Positions 37,651 to 50,710 of a DNA stretch of 64,000 nucleotides are shown piece after piece. Under the pieces are notes generated by a model. The model was given only the letters and a program-made list of their open reading frames with translations. It searched no databases and had not been told where the DNA came from. The position numbers and the translations under genes were made by a program. This DNA comes from Lepidodermella squamata (taxonomy: Eukaryota; Animalia; Gastrotricha), in the NCBI GenBank assembly GCA_047495785.1, contig JBLDXI010000066.1, positions 1 to 64,000 on the forward strand. Direction: 5' to 3'. How positions within the stretch are numbered: position 1 is the stretch's first letter; each line of letters starts with the position of its first letter.

Positions 37651-38570
37651 TTTATTTTATTTATTTATTTGAAAGCTCACACGCCCAAGAGAGGGCAGCT
37701 TGACAATGTTAAGGAAAACAACATATAATTGCAGGACAAGTTCAGATTATAGGACAGGAAAGGTGTAGTAGGAGAAAACAAAGTTATAGATCAGACACTC
37801 GATCAATTATGTTCTGATGTAACTGAGAAACAAAATCGCAACAAGAAACGTTAAGTACAGCATAGCAGTATAAACTGTAATCATAAAAATAAAATCACAA
37901 ATTTCATCTCAAGCATAACCAGAACAAGGCCTCCGCTAATTTTTATTTAACTTTAATTTCCCAGCATTGGTAGAGTAACAATGATTGTACACAGCTTCGC
38001 GGCATTCCTTGGCCGATGCTGCTTGATGAGCTTCGGTCGGCAGTACGTTCCACCAGTCCGGCCCGCGATAGCTCAAGCTTAGCGTACCGCGTTCCTTTTT
38101 GAAAGTTGGTTTGAACATTGGTTCAGAGCGGCGAACATCGTAGGTACTGATTTCGTTTAGCCGGAACAATGTTTGCATCGCTACTGGTGCTTGATGGTGT
38201 AAGCAGCTCCAAATCAAAGTTGCAAGGTGAATAGCGTGTTTTTGATTGACGTCGACCCAACCAAGACGGCGTCTCAACGGTTCAGGGTCGGCCAAGGGAT
38301 GTGCCCCGCAAATGGCACGCACGGCTCGGTCTTGTGTTGACTGAAGTTTAGCCAGATTTGTCGGTGCTGCTTGGCCTAATGTGATGTCGCCGTAGTTCAA
38401 ATGGCTGAATACCAATCCATTCGCCATCATTATTGCCGTTCTGCGATCAACAAACTTCGTGGCTAATTTCAAAGCATAGAGACCCCTCCTCGCCTTGCTT
38501 TTGATGTTTTTTATTTGCTTTTTGAATGTCAGTTTGTCATCGATTATAAATCCAAGGGTGACCATTTCAC
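37651..38570 (-). mobile_element. LINE 3' fragment of the 20207-23400 family
   Basis: LGFIIDDKL..MANGLVFSHLNYGDITLGQ..SLSYRGP; conserved 3' UTR and (AATA)n tail. Confidence 0.88.
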
Positions 38571-38571
38571 T

Positions 38572-41200
38572 CAGGGCAGGAAAAAGTGTCCGATCGTGCG
38601 ATCTATGATCGTGGGCAGTTTACAGGGCTGAAACCCCCTTTTCGTGGGCAGCTCGGCTTTTTGCTCATTATTTAAAAAGTCATTGCGTAACTATGAACTT
38701 CAATTTATTTGGAGGAAGAAAATCGAAATGTAAAAGATTAAAATTCGATGCGCCCTTTGGCGCTGGCGATGCGATCGACAACCTTCCCTGTTGCAAACTT
38801 GACCGCCCGATCGCTGCGCCGCTTGAAATTCCACTCCCTTCCCTTAAAGTAATTATTTAACGCGGTAATCAAAAATTTTGAAGAATTCGGGTTGGCAGGA
38901 TTTGGTCCATTCCAGTGGATGAAGGTCTCTTTTGACACGACCGCATCGTCCGCCGGGCGATCGTGGCTAGCATGACGGTCCAAGACGGACCCCATCGACT
39001 CCACCACGGACTCGCAGTGGCTCTTGAGGGCACATTTTAAATAAAAAGACATGAAGTCTTGGAGCCCTTCATGCAATGAAGCGGTATTCATAAATTGATA
39101 CAACACCTCGCAGTGTTTTTGCCCATTTAAGGGAAGCGATTTAACCCGCTTGCTCCAAATGCGGTATTGACTGATTATCGAATCTCGATTGAGCAGCTGC
39201 CCACCTTCCTCGGCCTCGTCGATGATTTCAGAGAGGACGGATATCTGCTCTGGAGCCCCAGCCTTTATCAGTTCCACATTAAACACCAATGCAGCCTTGC
39301 TGCTCAGATTTTGCTGAGGCGGAAAACGTTCCACAAGTCGCTGCGTTATAGTCGTGCATAGACGCTTTCCTTGCTCGAGACATGATTTGGCAGTAGACAA
39401 TAGGTCAGTAGGTCCGGTTGATTTAGCCGATCGAGTGACGACAATCTGCCCACCGCATTGGTCCAATTTGCGAGTTTTATACTTGCCCCCTAATAATAAG
39501 GAAGATTAGATCCTCCCAAAACTGCCCAATTTCACACTTACCATTTTCTTGCAACTCCTTGTACGCGGAGTGGAACGATGGAAATTGATCAGCGCAATCT
39601 TCAATATCTACTGCCGACATTTGGCGGAATTTCGATCTGGCGAGTTTTATTATCGTGTCAATTTCCCAATTCATCAAGTCGAAAGTTTGAACTTGTTTCG
39701 AGGTTTTACCAAGGAGATCGTAAACATCAATTGCCAAATTGAGCTGCAAAACGAGTTTCGCTTGGCCGATTTTCGCAGCTAGTGGGTCGCTCTTCTCGAC
39801 AAGTTTCGCATGCATCGTTGTGAAATTTTTGCGGAAATTGCGGAAAACCCCATCAGCGTAGGCTGCGAATCGGGTATCTAGTTATAATGACACAGGTAAA
39901 ATACGTTTTTTGCGATTATCTCGATCAATTATCGATGATCAGCAGAAATCGATAATCGATAATCGATAAGTGGTGATAGATAGAGGAAATTGAGTGACAC
40001 CAGCTTGTTCAGCGTGAAATTTCACCCTAGATGACAAATTTTCATGTTTCTATCATTCATAATAAGGCAGATATCGCACAATCAGTTTTACTTCCGGTGG
40101 GGTATGTTTAGGCGGCTTTAGGCAATTGATGTAGAATTTTTCAAAAAACCGGCAAAACCGCTTCCTTTGAACTCGAAATCCCCCTTAGAAACCCCGGAGG
40201 GGTAAAGTTCGTACGGCGGATTTGATTCCGTTTTCAGAATTTCAATAGCCCCCGTACTTCCGGAGATAGTTGATTTTTTTAAATTGTTTTATTACTTTAT
40301 TGCACCGTAATTATTTTTTCCTTCCAAAGCGTTATATACCCGTGTAATACATCAAACTAAGCAGTTTTTTGCGTAGAATCGCGTGGTGCAATTCATATTT
40401 GCATGGGATAAATGGCTTGCAAGTTATTGATGATTCAATTATTGACTAACCTGAAAATAGACCGACGCTCCCAAGCGAGGTTTCGGCAACAGAAGCCGCT
40501 TGTTCCAGCTCGTGAAACTTCTTTCCCCTGCCGAAATGCTTGAAAACTTCGGTGATCAAGTCAATCAGAGTTTTCAACCACTCGTTTTCAGAGCGGGCAT
40601 CTTTCATCGCAAGCTCGATCAAGTGGGCAGGATCCCAGATAGCAGTGAGCCAGAGATCGCCTAGTAATTCTCGAAATCGGTCTGCTACACCAAGGTTAAT
40701 GTACTGACCATCGCAGGCTAATCCAACCAATCTTTGTCGCAGCATAGTTGTTGAATAATTCAAATTTGTTTGTAATACCGAAATCATGCTCTTGGTTAGC
40801 CCCAGACCTGCAAATATAAGTTGTTAGTTTTTAGATCCACGTGACTAATTTCCTTACCAGAGTGGTCCTGAACTACGGTGTTTTCGACGAAGATGGGCTG
40901 GATTCGACCTTGGAGAAATGCGGCGAGCCCAAGGATCTGCCCAGTCCGGCGTTTGGCAGTCATTTTATCCGTTAGCACAGCAATAGGTGTGGGCTCTCCA
41001 GTAGCAGGAAGGGCGTCGTGTAAAAGGAAAACCAGCTTATCCAATAATGTAGTAAAGAGGCATTTTGTAAATGAAGCTGCGAATTTCCGGCCGTGATTGA
41101 CCTCGCCAACCTCAATATCGGAAACTGCAAGTGCTGCTACTTGCCGCTCGAATTTAGAATAGGAAATCGCTTCACGAGCATTGTTGAACACAATACGCGC
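38572..41200 (-). mobile_element. hAT transposase (intron-containing, 5'-truncated) with a CAGGG end at 38572
   Basis: AVLTDKMT, LACDGQY, WDPAHLIELA, SDTRF across intron 39879-40450, CESVVESMGS dimerisation-type region. Confidence 0.8.
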
Positions 41201-42663
41201 TAGTAGTAGCGCTAGAATATTGTTATTAGATTGATTACGCTTACAGCTTACATTAGCTATTAGAACTCACCAATTCTCACCAATTTCACTTGAAGCTTTC
41301 ACAACAGTATCTCCGATAGCGATGGCAGAGTTTGGTGTTGAAGGAATCGCGCATTTCGCGAATGATTAACAGTTGTGAAAAAACCCGGAAAATTGCCAGG
41401 GCGTTGAGCAATGAAATCGTAAAGTAGTGGCAGCCAGTTTCATGGTAGATCAGGCCTATAGACTATCGAAAATCGGCTAACAATTCCAATGACTCAGGAC
41501 AACTCGAACGATGAAATCGGTTTATTATGAGAATAAATCGATGTATATGTATCTAAATTCAATTAAATCTGAAAACAAGGACTTGGTTCTTCGCTTGATT
41601 ACGCAACACTGCTGGGAAATAGTTTTGAAAAAACTGGAAAAAATTCATCACTTTAGTGTGGAAAATTCATTAATTTTCGACCAGAAAAACCTGAATTTTA
41701 CTAGTCATTTCCCACGGCTCACGGTTTATTCCAGCGGGGTTCTCCCAAAAATGGAGAAATAACTACCGAATCGTTAACAAATACCACGAAGTTTCAATTT
41801 TTCCTGACAAAAGTCACGATTTCTAATCCTAATTCGATCATGTTGATAATTTAAAAAGCTTTACTGGCCGGGAAAGCTGCTAAAACATGATAAATCAGGG
41901 CAATTCACTGGGTGTTTAATTGATCAGCTATTGATCTCAGAAAAATCTGCAAATCAAGAAGATTGAAGATAGACGGGCATTGTTGAATTAAATGTTGAAA
42001 CGAGTTACTAATTGTTTTCTTATGAATTATGAACTGGCTGATGAATTTCTGATGGAGTTTCAACTAAAAAAGCAGGACGACCATGAGTGGCAGCTAATCC
42101 ACACACTCTGTTGCATAATCAGTCATTTCAAAGCCACAAGAACAGCTTAATGCACTGATGATATTTCAACTCGTTTGAACTAAACTTGAAATAACTGGAT
42201 CTCATAAAACCACGACAACGCGCCGCTCGGTTTCTAGGAACGCCTATTTTTTTAATTTTTCACGCTTAATGTTTTTAATTTATCAAATAATTATTTTTTG
42301 TTTAATTAAAAATTTACAACTAATTTATTTAGCAGGGTCCAAAATTACGGTCTACAAACGAGGGAGTTCTTTTAAGGAGGGTGCCACTAACGAGGGAGCA
42401 CTGTATTCTGCGTAACACATTCTGCTAGTGCGTGACGCTTTTGTTTACTTAGCGCACATCTGTTTGTTTTGCGCGTTTACTGAATTTATTTGCGCGACGC
42501 CTGTCGAAGACCCAAATGTAAATTACCTGAGCTAGGTACTCTTTTTCAATCAATTCATAGTTCTATTTAACGTAGTTTTAAGCAACCGATGTATCTTTGC
42601 GTGTAAACGGCGAAAGTTAGCAACGGCTATTACGCAACAAGCCAAGGCGTTAATTAGGTTTAA

Positions 42664-42891
42664 ACCGTCAACGCGTTGAAGTTGTTTGGCAAAAAAGCCA
42701 GTGTAAAAGCCACTATTGTACACTCGAGCCTGGTCAGATTTTTCTCCTATTGATAATTATTTTGTTAGAAAGGAAGGAATTGGTTGGACTTTGTACTGTA
42801 CCAGGACACAAATAAAGATTTTTATATTTTTATATTTACCGTCAACGCGTTGAAGTTGTTTGGCTAAAAAGCCAGTGTAAAAGCCACTATT
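42664..42891 (+). repeat. ~54-bp direct duplication at the start of the second cluster copy
   Basis: accgtcaacgcgttgaagttgtttggc.aaaaagccagtgtaaaagccactatt at ~42664 and ~42838. Confidence 0.8.
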
Positions 42892-43077
42892 CTTTCGAAG
42901 GGTCCCATTTTTGCAATGTTGTTTTCGATGTATTTTTCTCGTTTGTGTCCTTGGACACGAAATATAAGTGTGCCAGCTGATTATCACTGAAAAAAAATCA
43001 CGCACTCACATCTCCAACAAAATCCGTGTCATTTTTGTTTCATTCACTTATTTCCTATTCTAAAATTATTTGTAATA

Positions 43078-46000
43078 ATGAGTGAAGTTATTCGCATTTT
43101 TCTCATCTTGAGCCTAGCAGTCTCAGCCCATACACAAGAGTTCAAGCGATGTTTCTCCCGTTTGAATGACTCTTTCGCAGGTTGTAAAGAGAGTTGTTCA
43201 TTCCTCGAGGAAGTTCAGGCAAGTCATTTATTCATTGTTAGATTTCCTTTTCTAATTTTCACCGAATTCCATAAAGCTCGGGCTCAAGTTGAATTCGTTG
43301 GCGAGTTGCAAATCCGGCGTGAGTTCTTACATTTTCGGCTCATATTTCTTGACTTAAATTTTATTTCAGGACGCTCGAAGCTGCTTCAACTACAAAACCG
43401 TCAACATGCGATGTATCCCGCGTAATCTTGGCTGCGATAAGGACGATGAAGTTTTGGTGAGTGACCTAGATTGCACTTGAAATTCCCACGCCTCGTCTTC
43501 TCCCTGTTGTTACAGACGGCTGAATTCCTCGGAGGCGTCGGAGACTTCGAAAAGCAGTACGATCTGTGCCGATGGACGATTAAAAAATTCTTGGTTTGAA
43601 TTTATATTTTTTTCGTAGCAACGTAGATAATTAGATTTTATCACTAGTTGTAATTCAAATACGCCCTTACTCAAGATGTTAAATTACTTTTGCACGAATA
43701 ATTTTACTAGAAACCGTGACATAATCATGGGAAGATCGGGGGACGGTATAAGGTCGAGTTTGGGGGTAGAGAGGGTAAGGAATGAGACCGATAAGCGTCA
43801 TTTCGGAAAGCGGAAGGATTTTATGGAAAGCCACGGATGGCGGTGGATGGCCGTAGAAAGCCGTGGAAAACAATGGAACTCGCGCGATTTCAATGGAAAG
43901 TCGTGCAATTGTGTGGGCGAGCGGTTGCGCAACCAACTCGCGAGCGAAAGCGCGAATGAGTGCGTGGAATTGTGTGGGCTATAACCACGGGCAGGAGATA
44001 AGTCGATTTCGACGTTTTCCGCGTCGTTTTTAGAACAATGGCGCACATTAAACAATAGCGGGTTATTGTCATATGACACGCATTCAAATGCTGTTTTTTC
44101 CTTCACAATTCGGCGGTTTATAATTTTGCAGTTTTCTCGATTGAAAATTCCATTAAATGCGCCTCTTTTTACTCAACAAAACGATATAAATTTCGTTCAA
44201 ATATTCTAATTTTTGGCCTAATTTTAAGAGCAGTCCTCCAAGCCGCACTGTCATATGTTTTCTTTTACGATATTTCCAATACATATAATATTTAATAGCG
44301 GAATCAAAGGCGCGTGCTATAACTTAGACCTTCCTTTTTTAATTATGACAAATTTTTAGTACTAAAACCGCCGCGAGGCTCGCAAATTGTCCTTTAATTG
44401 GCAAGTTGGCGCGATTGATTTTTAGTGAAAATAAACATTTTGATTTTTCCGACTTTCGTCACATTTTTGGACACCTTACCTTGATAGCACTTCTGTATTA
44501 ATACGCGTAAATGTAGTAATTTTTCCGCTGAATTTTTAGAGACCAAGCCCGTCGTCGCAGCCCTCATGGTTGTTGAAATATGAGGGGCGCGGTAAATCGC
44601 GATTTTCAGCTTATTTTTAGCGTGCCCGCGGCGCTCAACGTTCGCTCACAACTGTCAAATTTAAAACGCATTTCACTGCTTTGTGTTCCACGAAGATATC
44701 ACACTGCCCGGCGTAGAATTTCAAGACGAAGCGAACGAGACTAAGCTCATTGTCGTAGCCCTCGCAGTTTTTTGGCTATAATAGGCGCGGTATAACTTGT
44801 TTCGATCCACCTTAAAATATGCCGCGCGGGAAAAACTGAGATAAAAAACAAACCAAATCATTTGCTGACATTTCGATTAATTAATTCCGCATAATATTTA
44901 ACTGCGCTAATATTTTGCTGTCTTTATTTGCCGAAGTAAACCAGGAATCGAATGAGACTAAGCAAGACCTGCAAGACCTGTAAATTGCGCTGAACTCAGC
45001 GTATTCGAATTGCCTAGAAACCGTTGAAGAAACAATAGGTCAGAAAAATCGACTTTTTGCCCCTCCGGCGCCTTGATCTCTCAAAAAGACCTTTTCATTA
45101 CTAAATCGAGTACGAGTACGAGTACGAGTACGGAATCAATATTAGAAGCTTCCAGCTACAGTGCTCCCGCGGTGTCCACGCGATTGCTCTTATCGAGAGT
45201 TGCTCTTATAGAGGGCTGTTAAAGAGCTAGGGATGAATCATAAGTACGTTGCTAGGTTTTTTTCTCAGTTGCTAGGGCGACGTAGAATTTACTGGTTAGC
45301 CATATCCAAGATTGTAATATTTTCTAGAGGTGGTCTGCAAATGAGCCAAACAATTTCTACAAACAATTAACACACGCGAACAAGTTGCTACGTGTGCGCG
45401 CGTATCTTCCTCTACATTTTACGAGCGAGAACCCCATGTTCAATCGATTCTTCATTGAATGAATTTGCTTTGATTTTATGTATGAATGTTTATGAATCGC
45501 CGGAAAATTCGAAATTCAACATGTATCATTTGCGCTTGCAATTCGGCCACAAATAACCCAAACACCTTTCTGCTAGCTAAGACTACAAATATCATCAAAA
45601 ATAATCAGTTTCCTTGACCAAGTGTGCACGGATAGCAACTCTTCACCGCTCTTTATAATTATTTACGGATTCTGATATTACCTAATTAATATCTAATAAA
45701 TTACGACACGTATCCACTCAATTTTTATATCATCAGATTCGTAAAAATGAGGCGCGTTCAACTAAAATGTCAGTTGATGAGTTGTAAAAATGAGAATCGC
45801 ACAGGATGCTACGGAAAAAATCCCGAATAGATACGTAGTGAGCAACAATAACCCGCTATTGTTTAATGTGCGCCATTGTTCTCAAAACGACGCGGAAAAC
45901 GTCGAACTCGACTTTTCTCCTGCTCGTGGTTATAGCCCACACAATTCCACGCACTCATTCGCGCTTTCGATCGCGCTTTCGTTGGTTGCGCAACCGCTCG

Positions 46001-49000
46001 CCCATACAATTGCACGACTTTCCATAGAAATCGCGCGGGTTCCATCGTTTTCCACGGCTTTCTACGACCTACGACTACCCACGGCCATCCATGGCTTTTC
46101 ATAAAATCCTTCCGCTTTCCGAAATGACGCTTAATTCGATCTCATTCCTAACGGAGAAATTGTTAAATATGTAATTTAGTAATTTCCTCCAGGCAGCTGA
46201 TTATTCTGTTGTTTTTTATTGATCAGAATAGTCCGGCGACAGTTTGTAACCAAAACGGCCAACGAACTTGTATTCCGATCAACGGCCCGTGCCCGAATAA
46301 CGGAGTGAGCTCCTATTGAAGTAAATCATGGAATCATTCGCTTGGTTTGTTTCTTTTTTCGATGCAGGCCAAGATAGGCAGCCATACAACGATGCAACTC
46401 TGCATGGCGCAGGAGAACAGTTGGTTTCATTTAATCAATATTAATAATTTGTAAATCAAATGGAGAATCTTACCTCTATTTTTCATTCTTTGCGGTTTGG
46501 CCTTAATATCTCGAGCCAAGTTTATTCTTCTAACTTGGTGTGATCTTTTTGTACAAATTATGAATCATCACTTTGAAAAAATTCAGCGATGATTCATAAT
46601 TATTAGCTCTTGTTCACACAAAGAAATTCTAAACCAAAATGGGCTTGTTTGTGATTTGTAGCGCTTTTATTCTTTTACCCGACGTTTCGACTGTTATCTC
46701 ATTTTCAAGGGTTCTTTGCATTTATTTATGGATTGTGAATTATGAATTATGTCAAGCTAAAAAACCGAAAAAAACGGAAGTAACTACCCAATTAAAGTAG
46801 ATGTATAACTAGCAAATAATCGTTAACTAGCTAATCGAATCTTTTTGAGTATTGATAGAGGGCTCCTTCTCTTTGAATATACCCAGAATGATTCGATTCG
46901 CACAATTAAAGTATGCGTAATATTTTTTTGCATCGCATTTTTTCAATAACTTCATAACCATCCCGTCTGATCCCGTCTGCCGTAAACTTTCCTCAAATTT
47001 ATGTTAGAATTGGGTACGAGTGAAAAAATTGATGACGTGAAAAAATTCTCATGGTTATGAAGTTATTGAAAAAATGCGATGCAAAAAAAAATATTACGCA
47101 TACGTTATTTACTAGTTAAAAAATCTACCTAGATTCGGTAGTATGATTTTAGCTTGAAATAATTCAAAATGCAATCCCAAATGCGAAGGAACCTTGAAAA
47201 TGGCAGTCGAAACGTCGGGGAAAACAATAATAGCGCTACAACTTACAAACAAGCTTATTAAGAAACGTCTTCTTATTTGTATGTTACAGTTGTCCAGAAC
47301 AATTCCGATTTTGTGCCCTTCAATCGATGCTTCCTGAAAAGCGACCGGTCGTTCGTCGGCTGCCAGTCGACGCCTTGCGATGCAGCCTCAATGACTAAGG
47401 TTAAGTCTCTTGTAGATATTGGAAATACGTTTTTAACGATTCCTGCCTTTATTTTCAGTCTTACAGTGACGGAACGTACATTGACAGATTCCACTGCGTC
47501 GCAGGCGTTCGTTTTTTGAAGTGCTTTCTTTTTAGAAAAGTAATTTTGAAATACACACAGCCTGCGGCACTATGCTCGGCGTCTGGTGCAATGGTTTGCC
47601 GAAATACGTGCCCGTCCCCTATGACACTGGTAAGCTGAACCTTTATCAGAGTTTTTTCAAAGCAATATTTGATGGCCAGCTTGGAGAGATCATTTTGTCG
47701 GCTACATGATGTTGCATCTGTTTAATTAATTAGGCTCGGCATAAAATTTACTGGGTCATTCGTAGTTCGTGGCAATTGTTCGGCTAATTTGTTCGCATCA
47801 GTCTAACTTTGTTTTATCAGACAAATCATCCGACATTAATGCTTGCGATATGATAATCATTGAGTTATATTTTTCAGGTAACGACTTTCCGGGCGAAATC
47901 AGACTTTGCCGGCAACTATGCTGACTGCTTGCAATCTCAGGTCCCTCGGGTAATAACTTTCTCTCCTTCTTTTCGCATCGCCCCAAACTCTCCACTTCCA
48001 ACATGTGAGAACCTTGACTTTCAGCACTTAAAACGATGTCTCATTTCAAATCGAAAACCATACATATTAATTATTAATTAGATAACATACAAGAACCAAG
48101 ATGTATTTTCCAACTACATATTTTCAATTTATAGTGCGAAAACTGCTCAGGCGTCCATCAACAATGCCTGACTCCCAATTCGTGCACCTGCAAGCCGGGA
48201 TGGACTGGCACCGGCTGCAATAATTGTGAGCCTTTTTCTGTTTTTCTCCCTGAAAGCTTTCACCCACACGTTTGTGTTCAAATTTCAGCCTTGTGCAGCA
48301 GCGAGTGCTCAGGCGCCAATCAAGATTGCGTGGGTTTCAACGTTTGCAGTTGCAAAACGGGATGGACTGGCACCGACTGCAATACAGGTGAGCCTATCGG
48401 TGTTACGGCTTGGAAAATTCCCTCATGAGGTGTGTGTTCAAATGTCAGCCATGTGCGACAACTGCACGGGCATCCATCAACAATGCCTGACTCCCAATTC
48501 GTGTACATGCAAGCCGGGATGGAGTGGCACGGGCTGCTATATTTGTGAGCTTTTTCTGTTTTTTAGCGTGGAAGCTTCCACTTTACATTTTTCGCTAAAA
48601 TTTCAGCCTTGTGCAACAACTGCACAGGCGCCAAGCAAGATTGCGTGGGTTTCAACGTTTGCGGTTGCAAAACGGGATGGACTGGCACCGACTGCAATAC
48701 AGGTGAGCCTATCGGTGTTATGGCCTGGTAGCTTCCACCTTAAGCCTGTTCAAATTACAGCCATGTGCGACAACTGCTCAGGCGTCCATCAACAATGCCT
48801 GACTCCCAATTCGTGCACCTGCAAGCCGGGATGGACTGGCACCGGCTGCAATAATTGTGAGCCTTTTTCTGTTTTTCTCCCTGAAAGCTTTCACCCACAC
48901 GTTTGTGTTCAAATTTCAGCCTTGTGCAGCAGCGAGTGCTCAGGCGCCAATCAAGATTGCGTGGGTTTCAACGTTTGCAGTTGCAAAACGGGATGGACTG

Positions 49001-50121
49001 GCACCGACTGCAATACAGGTGAGCCTATCGGTGTTACGGCTTGGAAAATTCCCTCATTAGGTGTGTGTTCAAATGTCAGCCATGTGCGACAACTGCACGG
49101 GCATCCATCAACAATGCCTGACTCCCAATTCGTGTACATGCAAGCCGGGATGGAGTGGCACGGGCTGCTATATTTGTGAGCTTTTTCTGTTATTTAGCGT
49201 GGAAGCTTCCACTTTACATTTTTCGCTAAAATTTCAGCCTTGTGCAACAACTGCACAGGCGCCAAGCAAGATTGCGTGGGTTTCAACGTTTGCGGTTGCA
49301 AAACGGGATGGACTGGCACCGACTGCAATACAGGTGAGCCTATCGGTGTTATGGCCTGGTAGCTTCCACCTTAAGCCTGTTCAAATTACAGCCATGTGCG
49401 ACAACTGCTCAGGCGTCCATCAACAATGCCTGACTCCCAATTCGTGCACCTGCAAGCCGGGATGGACTGGCACCGGCTGCAATAATTGTGAGCCTTTTTC
49501 TGTTTTTCTCCCTGAAAGCTTTCACCCACACGTTTGTGTTCAAATTTCAGCCTTGTGCAGCAGCGAGTGCTCAGGCGCCAATCAAGATTGCGTGGGTTTC
49601 AACGTTTGCAGTTGCAAAACGGGATGGACTGGCACCGACTGCAATACAGGTGAGCCTATCGGTGTTACGGCTTGGAAAATTCCCTCATGAGGTGTGTGTT
49701 CAAATGTCAGCCATGTGCGACAACTGCACGGGCATCCATCAACAATGCCTGACTCCCAATTCGTGTACATGCAAGCCGGGATGGAGTGGCACGGGCTGCT
49801 ATATTTGTGAGCTTTTTCTGTTTTTTAGCGTGGAAGCTTCCACTTTACATTTTTCGCTAAAAATTTCAGCCTTGTGCAACAACTGCACAGGCGCCAATCA
49901 AGATTGCGTGGGTTTCAACGTTTGCAGTTGCAAAACGGGATGGACTGGCACCGACTGCAATACAGGTGAGCCTATCGGTGTTATGGCCTGGTAGCTTCCA
50001 CCTTAAGCCTGTTCAAATTACAGCCATGTGCGACAACTGCTCAGGCGTCCATCAACAATGCCTGACTCCCAATTCGTGTACATGCAAGCCGGGATGGACC
50101 GGGAATGACTGCAATACACCC
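43078..50121 (+). CDS. Secreted Cys-rich protein, copy 2, with 13 tandem EGF-like exons; last exon uncertain
   Basis: Exon-by-exon paralogue of 18841-24218; EGF exons 48134-50121 joined by phase-1 GT-AG introns. Confidence 0.8.
43779..46148. mobile_element. Non-autonomous PIF/Harbinger-like element with ~300-bp TIRs, intronic
   Basis: taa|ggaatgaga...tctcattcc|taa (3-bp TAA TSD); arms ~43779-44070 and ~45845-46148. Confidence 0.75.
46643..47254. mobile_element. Inverted-repeat element with Penelope-type hammerhead-like motifs and a nested MITE (~46907-47108)
   Basis: Arms carry ccttgaaaatg..cagtcgaaacgtcggg; inner TIR aagtatgcgtaatatttt.. is related to 50949-51696. Confidence 0.55.
48134..50121 (+). 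repeat. Higher-order tandem repeat: 631-bp unit of four exon+intron monomers, ~3.1 copies
   Basis: Identical landmarks at 48226, 48857 and 49488. Confidence 0.95.
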
Positions 50122-50145
50122 GTAAGAGTAAATATTTAGAATGAC

Positions 50146-50593
50146 CCAGACCGGCATCAACAAATCCAAACAAAGGGGTGAAATCGATTTGTACGGAGTT
50201 CTTCAGCTTTCACGTTTTTAAAAGCCGAACAACACCGAAAACTGCGGTTGGAATTTGTGTTCGGTGTTGCTCGGGTATGCTTGCGGTTTGCAATGTAAAA
50301 TCCAGCATATAAATTAAATAAACCTGGCAGGCTGTAGGATTTGAACCATCTATCCCGCAATCCACACGCAGCCTCTGTCAACATTCAACATTGTGCAACC
50401 TTCTTTCTTGGAATGAGTTTCCGATTTCCTTTTAGGGATTTTACATTGCAAACCGCAAGCATACCCGAGCAACACCGAACACAAATTCAAACCGAAGTTT
50501 TCGGTGTTGTTCGGCTTTTAAAAACGTGAAAGCTGAAGAACTCCGTACAAATCGATTTCACCCCTTTGTTTGGATTTGAAGATGCCGGTCTGG
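50146..50593. mobile_element. MITE with ~155-bp near-perfect TIRs
   Basis: ccagaccggcatc..gcaatgtaaaatcc vs ggattttacattgc..gatgccggtctgg; absent at the paralogous site ~24243. TSD unclear. Confidence 0.85.
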
Positions 50594-50710
50594 AGACCTA
50601 TTTTAAAAGAACCTTTTGAGTCTTTATGAACCCCTTCTTGAAGACTTACATCGGCTTGTGTCATAGCGGTGATGGATTTTTTCCATTCCCAACAAAATGG
50701 CCTCAGTGTG

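Larger units (their letters stand above)
36789..42403. mobile_element. pogo/Tc1-like TIR pair (CAGTGCTCCCTCG, TA flanks) enclosing nested LINE and hAT pieces
   Basis: ta|cagtgctccctcg at 36787 and cgagggagcactg|ta at 42391-42405; a related end at ~45158. Confidence 0.55.

Noticed and set aside
45107-45132. (cgagta)n run as a telomeric or functional repeat
   Set aside because: Only about four units, inside a TE; an ordinary microsatellite.
43676-46104. Paired ORFs at 43679-44106 and 45790-46104 as duplicated genes
   Set aside because: They are chance frames in the two TIRs of a non-autonomous element.
48226-49994. Long ORFs in the supplied track (317, 209, 168 aa) as real proteins
   Set aside because: They read through introns and switch in and out of the EGF frame; the spliced model explains the region.
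48134-50121. CRISPR-like array
   Set aside because: The spacers are repeated GT-AG introns and the repeats are coding exons; eukaryotic context, no cas genes.
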